A stretch of 64,000 nucleotides of DNA. It comes from a virus. The stretch's first letter is position 1. Each line of letters begins with the position of its first letter. This document shows positions 53,846 to 63,372 of the stretch, in pieces. Location of the stretch: positions 1-64,000 of IMG/VR virus record IMGVR_UViG_3300000651_000003. One strand, 5' to 3'. The notes under the pieces are model-generated. The model did no database searches. It was not told the origin of the DNA and saw only the letters and a program-made list of their open reading frames with translations. The translations under genes and the position numbers were made by a program.

Positions 53846-54600
53846 TTGCGCTTTCTGACGATCGAACGATCACCAAGGTGTTTAAGTATGTTCCACAATG
53901 GGGCGGGGGCAGAAAGAACTGAGATTAGCTCAACAGGATACGGTGCTTGGCGAGTGACTCTTCCCGTGAATCGTTCGGTCTTCTGAGAGCGTACAGCCGG
54001 ATAAAGCCGCTCCCGGCCTAATCTATAGAAAGGACTCACTGATGGTTAGGTCAGTGATTGATTGAGAGGCCGACATCACAGGGATTGTTAGGCGAAAAAG
54101 GATGAAGAAGAGAGCGAAGTATGACAGCCAAAGCCTGCCCCGGTGGGAAAGGGCGTAACGACCTTGATGGCCTTGTCGGGGCAGGAAATTAAAATCGATG
54201 CTTTGTGGTGATTGAATTTGGCAATGACCAGAGAGCAGCCAACTCTCAAAGAATCAGGTACGCGAGCACGGCCTGATGCTTCGCTTGAGTGAGGTGAGCG
54301 AAGGTGATCTTTTACAACTCAGCGTTGTGCTGAGTTCTAAGTGGTTATAATTTACCACGATTTGGCGTGTCCGGGTGTTGCAACACTCGGCCTATTTCAA
54401 GCCGGGGCAAAAGAAGATGCTGCTTTAGGGACTCCACATCGCTGTCTAATGCTATCGGTAAAGAACTGGGTATGTGTTTTGATTGAGGGCGACTGAGTCT
54501 TTATCGGTAAGCATTCGTTTTTAGTTGAAAGACTAAAAATTGTCTTAAGCGTAGTTGGGAGCGGTAGGTGGAGAATGAAGCATTTTGCCGCTCTCAACTT
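53846..54600 (+). ncRNA. Large structured noncoding RNA candidate (~750 nt), class unassigned
   Basis: No credible ORF; at least 12 helices; G-U pairs and a GAAA tetraloop are consistent with the + strand only. Confidence 0.8.
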
Positions 54601-54617
54601 CAAAAAAAAAGGAGTTT

Positions 54618-55067
54618 ATGAAAACACCACTGATTATAGTTGCAGTAGTGATAATGATTCTCGCGACGTTAGCGGGAATTTCTCTTGCTCGTAAACGAGC
54701 TTCACTGCTACATATTCCAAGATTCGCGATCACATATACTAAGGAAAACGGACTCAGCGCGATGTCGCCAATGCCGTGGTCAGACCCTGAAGAGTTAGTA
54801 ATTGATGTGAATTTCGTTGACTACAAGCCTCACTGGATTGCATTTGAGTTTGCAGGTGATGAGCTGCGGGAAACGTTAGTTCAAGCATATGACAAAACTG
54901 GATCTTTGATAGAAACTCAACAAATCACCAAGCTAGACAAGGATAGGCGACTGACTGCACAACAAACAGGCTACAGGCAGTACCGGTTCACTCGCCTAAG
55001 CGGCCCCGACGTTCGCATTACAGGAATCTTTTTTGATTCAGTACCACCAGAACAAAGACGAAGGTAA
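54618..55067 (+). CDS. Membrane-anchored or secreted protein
   Basis: AAGGAG RBS; N-terminal hydrophobic helix. Confidence 0.65.
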   Translation: MKTPLIIVAVVIMILATLAGISLARKRASLLHIPRFAITYTKENGLSAMSPMPWSDPEELVIDVNFVDYKPHWIAFEFAGDELRETLVQAYDKTGSLIETQQITKLDKDRRLTAQQTGYRQYRFTRLSGPDVRITGIFFDSVPPEQRRR

Positions 55068-55074
55068 AAACTAA

Positions 55075-56640
55075 TTGAGACGCAAGATCGCATTAGTAGT
55101 CGGGTTTGTTTTGTTGTTTGCGGCCCTGCTTGATGGTTGTAGGAAAAAGGTAATCCCTCCCTCAGAGCCAAGCCCGACACCAGCCCCAGAGAGTTCTCCA
55201 TCTCCCTCTCCTTCTGAAACTCCGTTTATCGAACATGAAGTGATTGGCCCAGTGCCAAGCGTGAAGCAGAAAGTGCAGCGTTCATCGGCCGCAGCTGCGA
55301 CACCAAGCGCAAGTCCCTGCACACCAGCACCGCCAAAAGATCCGAATGCGAGCTATACGATTAGGGCAGGAGTAGTACAGCAGTGGGCAAACTGCTCTAT
55401 TGTTATCTTGTTCGATGGTGATAGCACTGCAACGACATTAGGATTAGCTATGTCAGGGCAAGACACAACGCCAAGCATCGGGCAACATGCAACACTCTAC
55501 TACTATCAAAACAATGTTTATCTGGCAGCGTTTCCGTCGGCTCCGTTTGTAGGTCCATCTCCTACTCCCACGCCTCCCTCGCGAGCGGTGCAAGGAGTCG
55601 TAAGAGTAGCCGGTGCACCGTTCCAAGGACCAATGATTATCAATCGGCAGGGCAGCACGGTAGCTCAAATCACAGGTACAGCAGCAGATGGTACATTTTC
55701 ATTCTCAAGTTCGGTTATCGGCTCAACGCTTGAAGCCAGCTATGGCGCATATCTTTTTAATACAGTTGTTGTAGATAGTTCGTCGCCTGCGTTTGTTCTG
55801 AACGGAATGCCGCCCCCTACGCCGACTCCTACACCGATCCCCAGCCCCACTGCAACACCTACACCGACGCCAACCCCCGGGCCGTCTCCAACGCCTACTC
55901 CGACACCGGTGCCGGGTTTATACTTGTCAGGTGGCACTTTCTATTCGGGTGGCGGTCAATTCAACTACACTTACATTCAAGTACTCGACGCGAACCGAGT
56001 TGAGTTGTGGCGTTATCAAGAACAGGATTCAACTTATCTATACCCGTTGACGGCTAATGGCAACTACATAGTCAGGCCGATGATCGAGATTTGGAACGGG
56101 GAATACAACGCCCAGCCGACTGAATATCAAGTCAGCGTATGTGGTCAGCCGGTGAGTAATTTGAACTTTACGATTGGACCGTCAAGCAACTACCCGCTTG
56201 GTAGCCCAATAGTGGTGCCGTGCGCTAGCCCATCTCCTACACCAACACCTAGCCCAACGCCATCGCCAACTCCTTTGCCTACTCCTACACCAACACCGAC
56301 CCCGACACCCACGCCGGTGCCTACTCCTAATCCAACGCCTAGCCCATCTCCAAGTCCTATTCGAGATGTAATACCGCCAACTATTTCGATAACGTCCCCG
56401 GGGAAAACAGTGACGAGAAAAACCGACGTAGTATTTTCAGTAAACGCGAGTGACAATGTAGGAGTGACGTCTGTTGGATTCTTTGTAAATGGAACGCCAA
56501 TAGGTTGGGTATATACAGCCCCTTATCAAGTTACATGGCATGTTCCGCCGCCAGCCAATACGAATTACACCTTAACTGCGGTGGCCCGAGATGCTGCCGG
56601 CAATGCCACTACGACTACTTTAACGGTCACAGCAAGATGA
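55075..56640 (+). CDS. Putative lipoprotein with Pro-Thr/Pro-Ser linkers and C-terminal bacterial Ig-like domain
   Basis: Signal peptide ending LLDG-C; (PT)n tracts; D..PPT.SITSP...ASDNVGV..V.F.VNG...APY..W...LTA.ARDAAGN. Confidence 0.8.
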   Translation: MRRKIALVVGFVLLFAALLDGCRKKVIPPSEPSPTPAPESSPSPSPSETPFIEHEVIGPVPSVKQKVQRSSAAAATPSASPCTPAPPKDPNASYTIRAGVVQQWANCSIVILFDGDSTATTLGLAMSGQDTTPSIGQHATLYYYQNNVYLAAFPSAPFVGPSPTPTPPSRAVQGVVRVAGAPFQGPMIINRQGSTVAQITGTAADGTFSFSSSVIGSTLEASYGAYLFNTVVVDSSSPAFVLNGMPPPTPTPTPIPSPTATPTPTPTPGPSPTPTPTPVPGLYLSGGTFYSGGGQFNYTYIQVLDANRVELWRYQEQDSTYLYPLTANGNYIVRPMIEIWNGEYNAQPTEYQVSVCGQPVSNLNFTIGPSSNYPLGSPIVVPCASPSPTPTPSPTPSPTPLPTPTPTPTPTPTPVPTPNPTPSPSPSPIRDVIPPTISITSPGKTVTRKTDVVFSVNASDNVGVTSVGFFVNGTPIGWVYTAPYQVTWHVPPPANTNYTLTAVARDAAGNATTTTLTVTAR

Positions 56641-56693
56641 AAGAAGTGCAAATAGAGATGGCACTTAAGTAAAGATATAATCCCTGTTGTAAA

Positions 56694-56942
56694 ATGGCGG
56701 AAGACCAAACAGTTCAAATCAACCCGGCTGGCAGCGGTCAGCTTATTCGCACTCTGCAAGTGCAGACAGTGGGCGTGGGTAGTACTGGTCAGCAAACCAC
56801 CCAGAGCGTACTCATGCAGGTAGTTTCAATAGCAGACGAGAACGGAATACCGATAAATCTCGACGCAATAAACCTGAATGAGAAAATATTAGAAACTCTT
56901 GAAGACATTCGTACGCTTCTGGGAGCAATAGTGTCGAAGTAG
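56694..56942 (+). CDS. Hypothetical protein
   Basis: 82-aa ORF preceded by TATAAT. Confidence 0.55.
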   Translation: MAEDQTVQINPAGSGQLIRTLQVQTVGVGSTGQQTTQSVLMQVVSIADENGIPINLDAINLNEKILETLEDIRTLLGAIVSK

Positions 56943-56957
56943 AAGGAGAACATCTCA

Positions 56958-57755
56958 ATGAGCCTTGAAACAATCATGCAAGGAATTGTCAGTAGATTCT
57001 TGCCACAACCTCAGGCGGACAACCAAGATGACATTCTTCGTCTATCTCGGTACAAAGACGCCTACATACTTCCGGTTGTTCGGAAGAATCACGCCCTTGC
57101 GGATGAAGGCTCCTACTTTGTAACTAACAATGCTCAGACTGCGATCGCTGGAGATACATCAGTAGCGTTCACCGCCACCAAGCCTACCATCTGGATTTTC
57201 AACTCGGACTCCCCGGGCAACCAGTCAGCCAAAAGAATTCACCTTGACTACATTTACTTGTTGTCAGGAGGCACTGCATATTCGAATGCCACCTCGAATA
57301 CCGGGTTCTTCTGTGCAGTAGTGATTGATAATCCATCAGCTGCAACGACAGGTGGTTCCGATTTAACTCCTAACATAGTTTGTCCAAACATTGATGTCAG
57401 CAAAAAGGCTTCGATTGCTACTGTAAGGTATGGCGCCCTGACCGCTCCTGCTGCAACCCAGAACGCTAGAACGATTGTTGGTCAGAGATTGCTGCGCGCG
57501 CCAGTTTCAGGTACTGCAATCACATTGGCCAACGTCGACCAGTTCATGTTGAACTTCGGGGGCGTGGAACCCAATCTTGCGCTTCCTAATGCAGCATCAG
57601 CGACCGTGGAAGCTAACGCAGTTGGCCGCATGTTGCATCTGCCCCCAGTTGTGATAGGCCCCGGCCAGTCGGCATTTATTTACCTATTCATGGTAGCAAA
57701 CAGCGCTGGGGTTGGTGGAACGATGTACCCTGAAATCGCATGGTGGGAGAGATAA
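56958..57755 (+). CDS. Putative virion protein, paralog 1
   Basis: Similar along its length to 57760-58584; both end WWER. Confidence 0.75.
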   Translation: MSLETIMQGIVSRFLPQPQADNQDDILRLSRYKDAYILPVVRKNHALADEGSYFVTNNAQTAIAGDTSVAFTATKPTIWIFNSDSPGNQSAKRIHLDYIYLLSGGTAYSNATSNTGFFCAVVIDNPSAATTGGSDLTPNIVCPNIDVSKKASIATVRYGALTAPAATQNARTIVGQRLLRAPVSGTAITLANVDQFMLNFGGVEPNLALPNAASATVEANAVGRMLHLPPVVIGPGQSAFIYLFMVANSAGVGGTMYPEIAWWER

Positions 57756-57759
57756 CAAA

Positions 57760-58584
57760 ATGGAGCTTCTACAACAAGCGAAGGGGCTAGTCAGCAGAGT
57801 ACTGCCACAGGCCCAAGCCGACAACCAAGTAGATACTATACGCCTCTCTCGGTTTCAAGAGGTGTACGGGATCCCGATCGTTCGCAAGCAGCACGTACTC
57901 GCTGATGAAGGCTCGTACTTCGTGACGAACAACGGGCAGGCCGCGATCACAGCTCAGGTCTTACAGCAGAATGCCACCTCCATCGACCCTACCAAACCAA
58001 CGCTGGCGATTTTCAACTCTGACTCCGACGGCAATGCTGCTGCGAAGAGAATTTTTCTTGATTATGTGCACCTGCTTGCTGGTGGTACTGCATACTCGGT
58101 CGGCGCTGCGGCAGTTCAGGTGGCAATGCTGTTGACCATTATCATTGATGCTCAAGGCGGAGCCTCTGGAGGAACAGACTTAACTCCTAACATAATCTGC
58201 CCGAACATTGACGTAGGGAAAAAGTCATCTCAGGCAGTAGTAAGATTCGGAGCCTTGACTGCACCCGCTCTGTCAGCAAATAGTCGTCAAGTGGTAGGAG
58301 CTCGGTTATTCCGCATGTGCCTGAGTCAGGGAGCTAGCGCGAACCTGTCTGTCGCTAACCTTGACTTCTGGCATATGAACTTCGGTGGTGTTGAACCGAA
58401 CATGGCTCTTCCCAATCCCGGTTCACCCACTATCGCAACTAGCATGTGGGGTTCGAATATGTGTCTGCCCCCAGTAATTCTTGGCCCCGGAGACTCGATG
58501 TGGATGTACATAAGTGTGAATGCATCTGCCGGCACCGTAGTAGCTGGAAACTTGATCCCAGAAATTGGTTGGTGGGAACGGTAA
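57760..58584 (+). CDS. Putative virion protein, paralog 2
   Basis: Shared LADEGSYFVTNN, GG.DLTPNI.CPNIDV, NFGGVEPN.ALPN, PEI.WWER. Confidence 0.75.
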   Translation: MELLQQAKGLVSRVLPQAQADNQVDTIRLSRFQEVYGIPIVRKQHVLADEGSYFVTNNGQAAITAQVLQQNATSIDPTKPTLAIFNSDSDGNAAAKRIFLDYVHLLAGGTAYSVGAAAVQVAMLLTIIIDAQGGASGGTDLTPNIICPNIDVGKKSSQAVVRFGALTAPALSANSRQVVGARLFRMCLSQGASANLSVANLDFWHMNFGGVEPNMALPNPGSPTIATSMWGSNMCLPPVILGPGDSMWMYISVNASAGTVVAGNLIPEIGWWER

Positions 58585-58609
58585 GGACCGCTAACATTCT
58601 TTCTTGAAC

Positions 58610-58641
58610 AGGGTCGGGTCGTGTTTCGGCCCGACCTTTTA
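58610..58641 (+). terminator. Intrinsic terminator
   Basis: AGGGTCGGGTCG / CGGCCCGACCTT stem running into TTTT. Confidence 0.65.
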
Positions 58642-58646
58642 ATTAA

Positions 58647-61600
58647 ATGGCTCTCTTAGATTTTGTACAATTTCACACCAATCGAGACACTACGGGATCG
58701 AACGTAAACACGTTCTCCAGTGCCGTAACGAACGGCAGTGTGATTGTCGTCGATATACTATTTGAGACCTATTATGACGATGTTACCAGCCTCACTGACA
58801 ACAAAGGTAACACCTACATCAGGGCAAGTCACCAACAGAATGGCAGTGTTTGTGCGCTTGCCACATATTATTGTTTGAACGCTGTTGGCGGTTCCTCATT
58901 CGCGATCACGCTTGCTAATAATCTAGGGAGCGCCTTTCCGACGGTTACCACTATCCATGAATATCTAGGCGATGCGAGCGTCAAGTTTCTAGCAGATTTC
59001 TGTGCGGCCGGCGGCGCGGGAGTCGGCGTTCAACTAAATAACGCATCTCCGGCGATAGTTCATGGTTTTGGTCAGAGTGCTACTGCACAGCCAGGAGCCG
59101 GTTCGGGATTTACTATTCGTGAACAGTTTCATTCCGTTCAATACCATTCAACTGAAGACCAAGCTGTAAGCGGTAGTCAAACCTCTGTGACTTTTACCAG
59201 TGGAGGCTACGATACGGCTGTAGGTGTGTCGTTTGGCGTGGGGCCGAAAATTTCCACGTTATACATCGATCCGGGCGGCGACGCTGATAACTTTTTCAGT
59301 GCTGTCAACAACGGCGCGGACATTGCGCAGGACACTTCTGTCAAAGTGCAAGGGATAGGGTCGTACCGTTTTGATTCCACAGCTGGGAACGTAGCTGCAA
59401 ATGCTGCTTGTTACAACGTTCCCGCCCCTATGGGACTCGCGTGGGATTATCGCTTGAACTTTTGGTTTCGATATGACTCCCAACCTACAGGCAGAACTAC
59501 GATTCTGCTTGTCTCAAGCCTTGGCGGAGGTCGGCAGTTCGAACTAGTGGTTAATCCTAGCGGGGCTGGCGTGACCGTCGGGTTAGACGGCGCTAGCCAT
59601 GTCACGACCAGTGACGGAGCCACAGTGCTCTCCGTTAATACGTGGTATCGCATCAGCGTTGCCGTGGTCGTGCATTCAATTAACAACCAAGAAACCTATC
59701 TATTCATCAACGGGACTCAGGAGCTTCATGTCACTTCCATCTACACTGGAGATAGAGTCCCGAGCTACTTCTTTTTTGGCTGGGCAGAAACTCCGGGCGC
59801 AAGCAAGAAGTGTTGGTTTGATCAGCTCTACGTTGATGATGGCGGATATCAATTCACCGACGTTGGAGATGTTCGCAGCACAGCTAAACTCCCGACCGCC
59901 GTCAACGCAAATAACTTCGACACGGTTATCGGCACGGGTGCAGTCAACGAGCGACCTGCCAACGCTAGCAATGGAATGCAACAGGCCGGGAGTTCACAGG
60001 TATCTCAAAATTACAATCTGGAAACGATAGGCTCCGGCGATATTGATATCTCGAATCATCAAATCTACGGATACATGGGATGGGCGGCTGCAAATAGAGC
60101 GGCTGCTACAGGAACGCCAAAATTTACAGTCAATGGGATCGATTACTCGACAGCGTTACCTGCTGTCGCAGATCCCAGTTGGGGTATTACCCAACCAGTT
60201 AGCAGCGCGAGTTATCCGACAGCGGCCGCCGCTATCGGTTTAGTCAGCACCGGAACAACCGACGATACGATCCTATATGAATGCGGAATCGTGATCGCCT
60301 ACAACCCGGTAGCAACCCCTTCACCAATTCGGCGCGGGGTTTTTGGCGGTCTGCTACTTGCGCTCTCTTCTCTGTTGGTTCCGGGGTCATGGGTTAATGC
60401 AGCAACTCGGTTCAAGATATATGGCACCACATGGGCTTCTGCTGCTACAAGGTTTATCGTACAGGTAATAGGATTCAAAGACGCTGCTACCAGATTCAAA
60501 CTATTTGGTATCACGTTCAGAGATGCAAATACTCGTTTTATTCTGTGGGTCCGAAACTATGTAGATGCTGCAACCAGATTCATTCTACAAGTCCGTGGCT
60601 ACAAAGACGCATCCACTAGGTTCAAGATGTATGGCATTACTTGGGCCAACGCTGCCACGCGGTTTGTGTTGAACGTACGCAGCTACAAGGATGCTGCTAC
60701 TAGGTTTAAACTATGGGTACAAGGATACAGGGATGCAAGTACGAGATTTATTCTCCAAGTCCGCAACTATGCAGACGCCAGCACTAGATTTGTTTTAACA
60801 TCGGCTAACACAACATGGAAAAATGCAAACACTAGATTTATCCTCTGGGTCAGGGGGTTCAGAGACGCCAATACCAGATTCAAGGTGGTGGTGCAGGCAT
60901 ACCGAGATGCAGCTACTCGATTTAAATTGACCGTACAATCTTTCAAGGATGCAGCGACTCGGTTCAAGTTGATCGTGCAAGCTTACCGCGACGCGTCAAC
61001 GCGTTTTATCCTGACCGTCAGGGCTTACAAGGATGCAGCGACTCGTTTTGTGCTGACGTCAAGAAGCTACAAAGATGCTAATACTCGTCTCAAACTATAT
61101 GGCATCACATACAGAGATGCAGCCGCAAGGTTTGTTCTAATTGTGCAAGGCACATCTTTCAAAGATGCTGCAACTAGGTTTAAGCTAAGCGGTATCACAT
61201 GGAAGAATGCTTCTACGCGCTTTAAAGTCACTGTACTTACATTCAGGGACGCTGGCTCCAGATTCATCGTAATTGCAAGAGCATTCAGAGACGCGAGCTC
61301 TAGATTCAAAGTAACGGTGCAAGCTTACCGAGATGCGTCAAGCAGGTTCAAAGTTACTGTCAGAGCATACCGAGATGCTGGTACAAGGTTCATCACAATC
61401 GCAAGAAACTTTGCTGATGGCAAAACAAGGTTTAAGGTTTCTGTGCGGAGCTTTAGAGATGGTTCTACAAGATTTAAAGTAGCCACTTTACTACAGTACC
61501 GCAATTCGTTCACTCGGTTCATCTCAGTGGGTGGCAACAGCAGAAATGTGAATTGCAGGTTTGCTCTTATTACAGTTCCACCCGGGTATAGAAAAGCAGT

Positions 61601-61682
61601 GGTGGACCCAGAGTATAGAATAACAACTGTACCACCACAGTTGCGTTTCCCGATCGTAGATAAGGAGGGCCGACCATCGTGA
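58647..61682 (+). CDS. Fibre-like protein: lectin/LamG-like N-terminal domains plus 28 copies of a ~14-aa repeat
   Basis: L..NTWYRI.V......L.ING (LamG-like); (Y/F/W)(K/R)DA(A/S)TRF repeats at 60387-61575. Confidence 0.8.
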   Translation: MALLDFVQFHTNRDTTGSNVNTFSSAVTNGSVIVVDILFETYYDDVTSLTDNKGNTYIRASHQQNGSVCALATYYCLNAVGGSSFAITLANNLGSAFPTVTTIHEYLGDASVKFLADFCAAGGAGVGVQLNNASPAIVHGFGQSATAQPGAGSGFTIREQFHSVQYHSTEDQAVSGSQTSVTFTSGGYDTAVGVSFGVGPKISTLYIDPGGDADNFFSAVNNGADIAQDTSVKVQGIGSYRFDSTAGNVAANAACYNVPAPMGLAWDYRLNFWFRYDSQPTGRTTILLVSSLGGGRQFELVVNPSGAGVTVGLDGASHVTTSDGATVLSVNTWYRISVAVVVHSINNQETYLFINGTQELHVTSIYTGDRVPSYFFFGWAETPGASKKCWFDQLYVDDGGYQFTDVGDVRSTAKLPTAVNANNFDTVIGTGAVNERPANASNGMQQAGSSQVSQNYNLETIGSGDIDISNHQIYGYMGWAAANRAAATGTPKFTVNGIDYSTALPAVADPSWGITQPVSSASYPTAAAAIGLVSTGTTDDTILYECGIVIAYNPVATPSPIRRGVFGGLLLALSSLLVPGSWVNAATRFKIYGTTWASAATRFIVQVIGFKDAATRFKLFGITFRDANTRFILWVRNYVDAATRFILQVRGYKDASTRFKMYGITWANAATRFVLNVRSYKDAATRFKLWVQGYRDASTRFILQVRNYADASTRFVLTSANTTWKNANTRFILWVRGFRDANTRFKVVVQAYRDAATRFKLTVQSFKDAATRFKLIVQAYRDASTRFILTVRAYKDAATRFVLTSRSYKDANTRLKLYGITYRDAAARFVLIVQGTSFKDAATRFKLSGITWKNASTRFKVTVLTFRDAGSRFIVIARAFRDASSRFKVTVQAYRDASSRFKVTVRAYRDAGTRFITIARNFADGKTRFKVSVRSFRDGSTRFKVATLLQYRNSFTRFISVGGNSRNVNCRFALITVPPGYRKAVVDPEYRITTVPPQLRFPIVDKEGRPS

Positions 61683-61963
61683 AGAGATATTTGAAAGACC
61701 CTGACTCAAGATTAGATTATGGTTATGATTGGACTCCTTGGCTCGAGGCTGGGGACAGCATTCTCACATCCACTTGGGTTTTGGATCCGGGCAACCCTGA
61801 CACTGCTTTGATAATTGACTCGTTCAATTTTGCCGGTGCGCTGACTGTTGTCTATCTCAAAGCGGGGACCGTTGGTAAGCGGTATGTGGTGACTAATAGA
61901 ATAACTACGCTTAACGGTTTAATCGATGATAGATCAATACAGGTTGACGTGGTGCAGCGTTAG
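61679..61963 (+). CDS. Phage fibre-tail adaptor-like protein
   Basis: KDPD..LDY..DW..WL..GD.I..STW...G..Y.VTNRITT..G..DDRS. Confidence 0.7.
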   Translation: MKRYLKDPDSRLDYGYDWTPWLEAGDSILTSTWVLDPGNPDTALIIDSFNFAGALTVVYLKAGTVGKRYVVTNRITTLNGLIDDRSIQVDVVQR

Positions 61964-63372
61964 TCGTCGTTTGCCAGATTATCAAACCGAGCGCAGGTGG
62001 GATCCCATCTCAAGTAAACAGTGTCGGTGCGGCCGTTGCGGTGCTTCGCTACAATAATCTCAGCAATGTTGTCGTGCTCTTCATTCTTAGCCTTGTACAT
62101 ATCTCCTCGGTATACGAAAGCAACTAAATCCGCATCTTGCTCTATGGCACCAGACTCTCTCAAGTCAGACAGAATCGGCCGGTGGTCTGTCCTGTTTTCA
62201 GGAGCACGGCTGAGCTGAGACAATACTACCATCGGTACTTTGAGTTCTCGGGCGACTCCCTTGAGGTCGGCCGAGATTTGGGTAATCTCCTCGAGGCGGT
62301 TTTTGTAACTCTTTGTACCCGCCATCAATTGCAAATAGTCCACAACAACCAGTCCAAGTTCTGACCCAGACCTCGACAGCTCGGAAGCCAGCCGCATAGC
62401 CCGGGCTTTTAGCTGGGTCACAGAGATGCGTGGTGTGTCATCGACTTGCAGCTTCTTGCCCACTAGCGTGTGAAATGCGGTCGTGAGCTTGTTCCATTCC
62501 TGCTGAGTGACATAGCCAGACTGATATTTCATGCTATCCATCCTTGACTCTGCGCAGAGCACTCGCATCGCGATTTGCTCCTCTGGCATCTCGAGGGAGA
62601 ATAATGCAGTGGGGACTTGGGGATTCGAGTGAATGGCTGCATGCATCGCGATCAAAACCCCGAGGGCTGTTTTGCCACTGCTGGGCCTGCCGGCAACGAT
62701 GATGAGATCTCCGGGACGCAGACCAAGTGTCAATGCATTCAAATCTACGAAACCAGTATCTACACCTACCATTGCTTTGCCGGACTGCTGTATTTCATAG
62801 GTCTTAGTCAAGCTGGCTTCAGCAATCTCTTCGATTAACGAAAATGATTTCGTAGTGTGGTCTACTGAGATATCAAAAATCGCTTTTTGCGAATGCTCTA
62901 AAACACTTTCCGGGTCATCCTCATCTTCGTAGCACTCCGCAGTGATTTTCGCAGCAGCTTTGATTAGCTGTCGCTTGATGGACTTCCCTTTGATAATCTT
63001 CGCCAGTGGACTCAGGTTCGTGATGTGAAAGTGCCCATCAGTTAGTTTCGTCAGGGCCATTATCCCACCAGCCATTTGCAACGCGCCATCTTTCTTCAAC
63101 TCCTCACCTACAGTAATGGGATTGATTTCTTCGTTGCGCTCAAAGAGACCCATCATAGCAGTAAAAATCTTTTTGCGAGAAGGTACATAATAGTCGTCTG
63201 GTCTCAGCAAGTCGATAGCCTGAGCCATCAGAGAATTGTCCAACATGATTGCTGCTAGAGAAGCAGTCTCAGAAGCTTCGCTGTTAGGTAGAGGGCGATC
63301 AAGGAATTCGTCTTGAGAAGTGGGGCCGTCGTTTGGGGAGCCTATTTGTTTTTCTGCCATTGATTCAACCAA
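61960..63372 (-). CDS. dnaB: Replicative DNA helicase DnaB
   Basis: GRPSSGKT, FSLEM, VVDYLQLM, LSQLSR, DLRESGAIEQDAD, KHRNG. Confidence 0.97.
   Translation of the reverse strand: MVESMAEKQIGSPNDGPTSQDEFLDRPLPNSEASETASLAAIMLDNSLMAQAIDLLRPDDYYVPSRKKIFTAMMGLFERNEEINPITVGEELKKDGALQMAGGIMALTKLTDGHFHITNLSPLAKIIKGKSIKRQLIKAAAKITAECYEDEDDPESVLEHSQKAIFDISVDHTTKSFSLIEEIAEASLTKTYEIQQSGKAMVGVDTGFVDLNALTLGLRPGDLIIVAGRPSSGKTALGVLIAMHAAIHSNPQVPTALFSLEMPEEQIAMRVLCAESRMDSMKYQSGYVTQQEWNKLTTAFHTLVGKKLQVDDTPRISVTQLKARAMRLASELSRSGSELGLVVVDYLQLMAGTKSYKNRLEEITQISADLKGVARELKVPMVVLSQLSRAPENRTDHRPILSDLRESGAIEQDADLVAFVYRGDMYKAKNEEHDNIAEIIVAKHRNGRTDTVYLRWDPTCARFDNLANDD

Noticed and set aside
53846-54600. Group II or group I intron, or tmRNA, as the identity of the structured region
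   Set aside because: It begins TTGCG, but I found no domain V hairpin, no interrupted gene, no intron-encoded ORF and no tRNA-like ends. A covariance search is still needed to exclude these formally.
54553-54610. Final long hairpin as an intrinsic terminator
   Set aside because: It is followed by an A-run on the + strand; on the - strand the T-run precedes the stem. Treated as part of the RNA.
55810-56360. Pro-Thr tracts as contingency microsatellites
   Set aside because: Codons vary throughout, so these are protein linkers and not slippage-prone perfect repeats.
48313-58584. Diversity-generating retroelement acting on fibre genes or the paralog pair
   Set aside because: No reverse transcriptase in the window and no near-identical repeat pair differing only at adenines was seen.
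60387-61575. CRISPR array or DNA-level repeat (42-bp period)
   Set aside because: The repeats are in-frame, conserved as amino acids and variable at synonymous sites, with no repeat-spacer structure.
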